Shown here piece by piece: positions 58,938-64,000 of a stretch of DNA of 64,000 nt. Numbering within the stretch: position 1 is the first letter of the stretch; every line of letters begins with the position of its first letter. The notes under the pieces are model-generated. The model saw nothing but the letters and a program-made list of their open reading frames with translations, was not told the origin of the DNA and did no database searches. The position numbers and the translations under genes are program-made. The DNA comes from an uncultured Actinomycetota bacterium (GTDB taxonomy: Bacteria > Actinomycetota > UBA4738 > HRBIN12), in NCBI GenBank assembly GCA_963711655.1, contig CAVQEW010000006.1:599-64598 (forward strand), written 5' to 3'.

Positions 58938-60422
58938 GTGGCCATCGCGAAGGTCCTCGGCACCGAGACCGAATACGGCATCGCCGCGGTCGGCGTGCCC
59001 GACTTCAACCCCGTCCTCGCGTCCTCCCTGCTGATCTCGACGTTCGCCGGCGCGCTCCGGCGGATCCGGTGGGACTACGAGCAGGAGTCACCGCTCCGCG
59101 ACGCGCGCGGCTTCGAACCGATCCCGTCGCGAGAGGTCTCCGACGAGGACCTCGGCCTGGCGAACGTGATCCTCCCCAACGGCGCGAGGTACTACGTGGA
59201 CCACGCCCACCCGGAGTACTCGACGCCGGAATGCCTCACCGCGCGGGAGCTGGTGATCCACGACAAGGCGGGAGAGCGGATCCTCGAACGTTCGCTCCGT
59301 GAGGTCGCGACCCAACTGCCCGAGTCCCCGGCCCTGCTGATCTACAAGAACAACTCCGACGGGAAGGGCAACTCCTACGGCACGCACGAGAACTACCTCG
59401 TCGACCGGCAGACGCCGTTCGCCGACATCGTGCGGGACCTGACGCCGTTCTTCGTCTCCCGCCAGGTGTTCTGCGGTGCAGGGAAGCTCGGCTCCGAGGC
59501 CGCGTGGGACGAGCGCGGCCGGCCGATCTACCAACTCACCCAGCGCGCGGACTTCTTCGAGACCGAGGTGGGACTCGAGACCACGCTGAAACGCCCGATC
59601 ATCAACACGCGGGACGAGCCGCACGCCGACCCGGAGAAGTACCGGCGACTGCACGTGATCATCGGCGACGCCAACATGTGCGAGGTCGCGCAGTTCCTGA
59701 AGGTCGGCACCACCGCGATCGTGCTGAAGATGATCGAGGATCGGTTCCTTCCCGACCTCTCGCTCGAGGGACCGGTGCGAGCCCTGCACGAGATCTCCCG
59801 GGACCTCACGTGCACCCTGGAGGTCCCGCTCGCCGACGGCCGGCGGCTGAACGCGGTCCAGCTGCAGTGGGAGTACTTCGAGCATGCGAAGAAGTACGTC
59901 GAACGCGAGGACGACACGCCGGATCAACGCGAGGTGCTCGATCGCTGGGAGGCCATCCTCACCTCGCTGGAGTCCGAACCCCTCTCCCTGCATCGGGAGC
60001 TGGACTGGGTGGCGAAATACCGCCTGCTGGAGGCCTACCGGGAGCGGGGAGGTCTCGATCGGGGCGATCCCAAGCTGCACGCGATCGACCTCCAGTACCA
60101 CGACGTCCGTCGGGAGAAGGGCCTGTACTACCGGCTCGAGCGTTCGGGCAACGTGGAGCGACTGGTCGAGGAGACCGAGGTGCAGCGCGCCGTGATGGAG
60201 CCGCCGGAGGACACGCGCGCCTACTTCCGCGGTCGCTGCATCGGGAAGTTCCCGGATGCGATCGCGGCCGCGTCGTGGGACTCACTGATCATCGACACGG
60301 GAGCGGAAGCCCTCCAACGCATCCCGATGCGGGAGCCGCTCCGCGGGACGAAAGCCCACGTCGACGACCTGCTCGAGGCGGCCGACGACGCGGCCGCCCT
60401 CGTGACCGCCCTCCAGGGATAA
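58938..60422 (+). CDS. dop: Pup deamidase/depupylase Dop
   Basis: [62 protein letters not shown]. Confidence 0.95.
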   Translation: MAIAKVLGTETEYGIAAVGVPDFNPVLASSLLISTFAGALRRIRWDYEQESPLRDARGFEPIPSREVSDEDLGLANVILPNGARYYVDHAHPEYSTPECLTARELVIHDKAGERILERSLREVATQLPESPALLIYKNNSDGKGNSYGTHENYLVDRQTPFADIVRDLTPFFVSRQVFCGAGKLGSEAAWDERGRPIYQLTQRADFFETEVGLETTLKRPIINTRDEPHADPEKYRRLHVIIGDANMCEVAQFLKVGTTAIVLKMIEDRFLPDLSLEGPVRALHEISRDLTCTLEVPLADGRRLNAVQLQWEYFEHAKKYVEREDDTPDQREVLDRWEAILTSLESEPLSLHRELDWVAKYRLLEAYRERGGLDRGDPKLHAIDLQYHDVRREKGLYYRLERSGNVERLVEETEVQRAVMEPPEDTRAYFRGRCIGKFPDAIAAASWDSLIIDTGAEALQRIPMREPLRGTKAHVDDLLEAADDAAALVTALQG

Positions 60423-60480
60423 CGACCCAGGGGAGGGTTCTCCGGGACCCTGCGGCTACAATCGCCACGGAGGAGGAACC

Positions 60481-60684
60481 ATGCCCGAACAAGAACGCAA
60501 GCAGATCCAGAAGAAGGGTGGTGGCGGCGACCAGGCCGATGCCGACGCCGGACAGGTCTCGGCGACCTCGAAGGCGGCGGAGCTCAAGGAGGAGATGGAC
60601 GACATCCTCGACGAGATCGACTCCGTCCTGGAGGAGAACGCCGAGGAGTTCGTGAAGTCCTACGTCCAGAAGGGCGGGGAGTGA
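60481..60684 (+). CDS. pup: Prokaryotic ubiquitin-like protein Pup
   Basis: DDILDEIDSVLEENAEEFVKSYVQKGGE; GGAGGA RBS; TACAAT -10 upstream. Confidence 0.97.
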   Translation: MPEQERKQIQKKGGGGDQADADAGQVSATSKAAELKEEMDDILDEIDSVLEENAEEFVKSYVQKGGE

Positions 60685-61475
60685 CGGACCGGGTCGAGCT
60701 CCCGCTCTCGGGGGCTTCGTTCGGCGCCGACCCGAGTTTCGTCGAGCTGCTGCGTCGCCAGCATCCCGAGGCATTGCCGTCGTCGCTCCAGATGACCGGC
60801 GCCGTCGAGGTGACGCGCGGAACGACGGTCCTGGGCCTCCGGTTCGCCGACGGGATCGTGATGGCGGGCGATCGGCGGGCGACCGCCGGCTACACGATCG
60901 CCGACGCCAAGATGAAGAAGGTGTTCGCCGCCGACGATTTCTCCGCGATCGCGATCGCCGGGGCGGCCGGGCAAGCCGTGGAGACCGTCAAGCTGTTCCA
61001 GCTGGAGCTCGAGCACTACGAGAAGCTCACGGGTGACCGGCTCTCCCTGGAAGGCAAGGCGAACCGACTGGCCCAGATGATCCGCGCCAACTTCCCGCTC
61101 GCCGTGCAGGGCCTCGTCGTCGTGCCGCTCTTCGGCGGCTACGACGTGGCTCGCGCCGAGGGACGCCTCTTCTTCTACGACGCGACCGGCGGACGTTGGG
61201 AAGAGGAGGACTACCAGGCGACGGGCTCCGGCGCGCAGCCGGCCAAGAACTCCCTCAAGAAGCGCTGGCGATCGGGCCTGGACCGAGGCGAGGCGATGCG
61301 CGTGGCGGTCGAGGCGCTGATCGACGCGGCCGAGGACGACGTCGCGACCGGTGGGCCGGACCTCGTGCGAGGCATCTTCCCCGTGATCGTGACCGTCACC
61401 GGGGAGGGAGCCGTGGAGTCCTCCGACGAGGAAGTGTCCGCGGCCGTGCGAACCGTCCTGGAGGCGAGGTCGTAG
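60681..61475 (+). CDS. prcB: 20S proteasome beta subunit
   Basis: Propeptide then GTT, MAGDRRAT, ELEHYEK, LSLEGKANRL, GSG, DDVATGGPD. Confidence 0.96.
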   Translation: MTDRVELPLSGASFGADPSFVELLRRQHPEALPSSLQMTGAVEVTRGTTVLGLRFADGIVMAGDRRATAGYTIADAKMKKVFAADDFSAIAIAGAAGQAVETVKLFQLELEHYEKLTGDRLSLEGKANRLAQMIRANFPLAVQGLVVVPLFGGYDVARAEGRLFFYDATGGRWEEEDYQATGSGAQPAKNSLKKRWRSGLDRGEAMRVAVEALIDAAEDDVATGGPDLVRGIFPVIVTVTGEGAVESSDEEVSAAVRTVLEARS

Positions 61476-62162
61476 ATGTCCTTCATGCCGTACGTCTCGC
61501 CGGACCAGATGATGAAGGACCGCTCGGAGTACGCCCACAAGGGCATCGCCCGTGGGCGTTCCGTGATCGGGCTCGAGGTCGCGGACGGACTGCTGTTCAT
61601 CGCGGAGAACCCGAGCGCCACCCTGCACAAGATCAGCGAGATCTACGACCGGATCGCGTTCGCGGGCGTGGGGAAGTACAGCGAGTTCGAGGACCTCCGG
61701 ATCGCCGGCATCCGGCTCGCGGACCTACGCGGGTACTCGTACGGACGCGAGGACGTGAAGGCACGTGACCTCGCGAACGCGTACTCGCAGGCGCTGTCCA
61801 CCATCTTCACCCAACAGATGAAGCCCTACGAGGTGGAGATCCTCGTCGGCGAGGTGAACGGAGACGTCGACGGCACCTCGATCTACCACGTCCTGTTCGA
61901 CGGCAGCGTGACCGACGAGCACGGGTTCGTGGCGATCGGAGGGCATGCGGACGACCTGACCGAGACGCTGAAGGATCGCTACGCCACCGGCTGGGACCTG
62001 GCGACGGCGGTGAAGACGGCCGTCCAGGTGTTGGGAGCCCCGGATTCGCGCACGATCGAGCACGATCACATCGAGGCGGGCGTCCTCGAGCGGAGCCAGG
62101 CGAGACGCCGCAAGTTCCGCAGGCTCACCGACGACGAGATCGCCGGGTTCCTGGCCGGCTGA
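61476..62162 (+). CDS. prcA: 20S proteasome alpha subunit
   Basis: [42 protein letters not shown]. Confidence 0.96.
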   Translation: MSFMPYVSPDQMMKDRSEYAHKGIARGRSVIGLEVADGLLFIAENPSATLHKISEIYDRIAFAGVGKYSEFEDLRIAGIRLADLRGYSYGREDVKARDLANAYSQALSTIFTQQMKPYEVEILVGEVNGDVDGTSIYHVLFDGSVTDEHGFVAIGGHADDLTETLKDRYATGWDLATAVKTAVQVLGAPDSRTIEHDHIEAGVLERSQARRRKFRRLTDDEIAGFLAG

Positions 62163-62236
62163 GCACGCAAGGGCCCTCCCCACCGATCTTCCCGGATCAC
62201 CCGCGCCTTCCGCCCGCCCCGACCTAGACTCGATCC

Positions 62237-63594
62237 GTGGAACGACGGATCTTCGGCCTCGAGAACGAGTACGGCGTGACCTGCACGTTCCGCGGGCAGC
62301 GCCGGCTCTCGCCCGACGAGGTCGCCCGGTACCTCTTCCGGCGCGTGGTGCACTGGGGACGCTCCTCGAACGTCTTCCTCGAGAACGGCGCCCGCCTCTA
62401 CCTGGACGTGGGCTCCCATCCCGAGTACGCGACGCCCGAATGCGACGACGTCGAGGAGCTCGTCGCCCACGACAAGGCGGGGAGAGGATCCTCGAGGCGC
62501 TCCTCGGCGCGGCGGAGCTCCGGCTGCACGAAGAGGGCATCTCGGGGCAGGTCTATCTCTTCAAGAACAACACCGACTCGGCCGGCAACTCCTACGGGTG
62601 TCACGAGAACTACCTCGTCGCCCGGCACGGAGAGTTCGCGCGGATGGCCGACGTCCTGATCCCGTTCTTCGTGACCCGTCAGATCTGGTGCGGCGCAGGC
62701 AAGGTGCTCCATGGCCCCCGAGGCGCGCAGTACTGCATCTCCCAGCGGGCCGAGCACATCTGGGAAGGGGTGTCGTCGGCGACCACCCGCTCCCGCCCGA
62801 TCATCAACACCCGCGACGAGCCGCACGCGGACGCCGAACGCTTCCGTCGGCTCCACGTGATCGTCGGCGACTCGAACATGAGCGAATGGACCTCCTACCT
62901 GAAGGTCGGCATCACGGATCTCGTGCTGCGGATGGTCGAGGGGAACACGGTGATGCGCGACCTGACGTTGGAGAACCCGATCCGCGCGATCCGCGAGATC
63001 AGCCATGACACGACCGGCACGCGGAAGGTGAAGCTGGCCAACGGCCGGGAGCTGTCCGCGATCGAGATGCAGCAGGAGTACTTCGAGAAGACCTCGCGGT
63101 TCCTCGAGCGACGCGGGACCGACGACGCCTCCAAGAAGCTCCTGTACGAGTGGGGCGAGGCACTCGAGGCCCTGGCCGAAGGCGACCCGGAGCGGTTGGT
63201 ACGCAAGGTCGATTGGGTCACGAAACGGATGCTGATCGAGCGGTACATGGAGAAGCACGACCTCTCGCTCGCCTCGCCGAGGGTGGCGCTCCTCGACCTC
63301 ACGTACCACGACGTGAACCGCGGGCGGGGCCTCTACTACCTCCTGGAGAAGGCAAGGAAGGTGGACCGCGTCGCGAGCGAGACCGAGATCTCGAAGGCGA
63401 TGCGCGAGCCGCCGCAGACGACGCGCGCGAAGCTCCGGGGCGATTTCATCCGGCAGGCGAAGGCGAAGCGGCGCGACTACACCGTCGACTGGGTGCACCT
63501 GAAGCTGAACGACCAGGCCCAGCGGACGGTGCTCTGCAAGGACCCGTTCAAGTCCGTCGACGAGCGGGTGGAGCAGCTGATCGCCCACATGTGA
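62237..63594 (+). CDS. pafA: Pup-protein ligase PafA (frameshift near 62480)
   Basis: [77 protein letters not shown]. Confidence 0.96.
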
Positions 63595-63596
63595 AG

Positions 63597-63624
63597 GAGG
63601 AGGGGCGTCTCTCGCCCCTCCTCC
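63597..63624. terminator. Hairpin after pafA, probable terminator
   Basis: GAGGAGGGGCG-TCTCT-CGCCCCTCCTC between convergent genes. Confidence 0.65.
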
Positions 63625-63658
63625 GTCCCATGAGCCCTCTCATCTTCTCCCCTCGCGG

Positions 63659-64000
63659 TTACCCGCCGAGGATGTCGATCAGCCGGTTCAGCAACAGAGC
63701 GATCTGGCTCAGGGGAGCGCCCCCATCCAACAGTTGAGCGATGGAACAGAGCAGGTTCCCCAGCAGCCTCCCGGGCCCGGACTGGGCCGTGATGTCCAGC
63801 ACGATCCGGTCCAGGTGCACCACGAGCCCGAGCAGATCGAGGTCGAGTGGTCCGAGCTCCAGATGGAGGATCTTGCAGGTCGCCCTCGGAGCGAGGAGCG
63901 GAAGCCGGACCTGCTGCGTGATGGTTCCGATCACAGCCCCGGCGCTGTCGGTGAGGGTCCCGGTCAGCGTTCCGACACCGACCAGCCCCCCGTCCTGCAC
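63659..64000 (-). CDS. Conserved hypothetical protein, 3' part only (truncated by window edge)
   Basis: CKILHLELGPLDLDLLGLVVHL...GPGRLLGNLLC motif seen in uncharacterised bacterial secreted proteins. Confidence 0.65.
   Translation of the reverse strand: MQDGGLVGVGTLTGTLTDSAGAVIGTITQQVRLPLLAPRATCKILHLELGPLDLDLLGLVVHLDRIVLDITAQSGPGRLLGNLLCSIAQLLDGGAPLSQIALLLNRLIDILGG

Overview
High-GC chromosomal segment from an actinobacterium (Actinomycetota, probably a deep-branching or uncultured lineage; inferred from the Pup-proteasome locus, the 4-domain S1 protein and the polA-rpsA-coaE and uvrC-rapZ-gap-pgk-tpiA-secG synteny). Core content: polA, rpsA, coaE, uvrB, uvrA, uvrC, rapZ, gap-pgk-tpiA, secG, tRNA-Leu(GAG) and trmI-arc-dop-pup-prcB-prcA-pafA. 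Accessory content: two polar amino-acid ABC systems, an ABC-2 exporter, a Dpp/Opp peptide ABC system, an FTR1 iron permease, several hydrolases and proteases, a sulfite-oxidase-family enzyme, a KimA-like transporter divergent from a truncated KdpD/KdpE pair, an ABC-F ATPase and two tandem DmdA-like demethylases. Many genes, including housekeeping ones, carry single-base frameshifts most consistent with long-read consensus error, so split-gene coordinates are approximate. No transposase, integrase, prophage or CRISPR array was seen. Main leads: (1) an unassigned ~300-nt highly structured intergenic RNA candidate at 2808-3111; (2) PafBC/RecA-NDp-like promoters in front of polA, uvrB, uvrA and uvrC, with no pafBC directly after pafA; (3) a small membrane protein-KimA / short KdpD-KdpE module with phased direct repeats and no kdpFABC; (4) a Pro-rich leader ORF coupled to the ABC-F gene; (5) the DmdA-like pair with operator-like palindromes.
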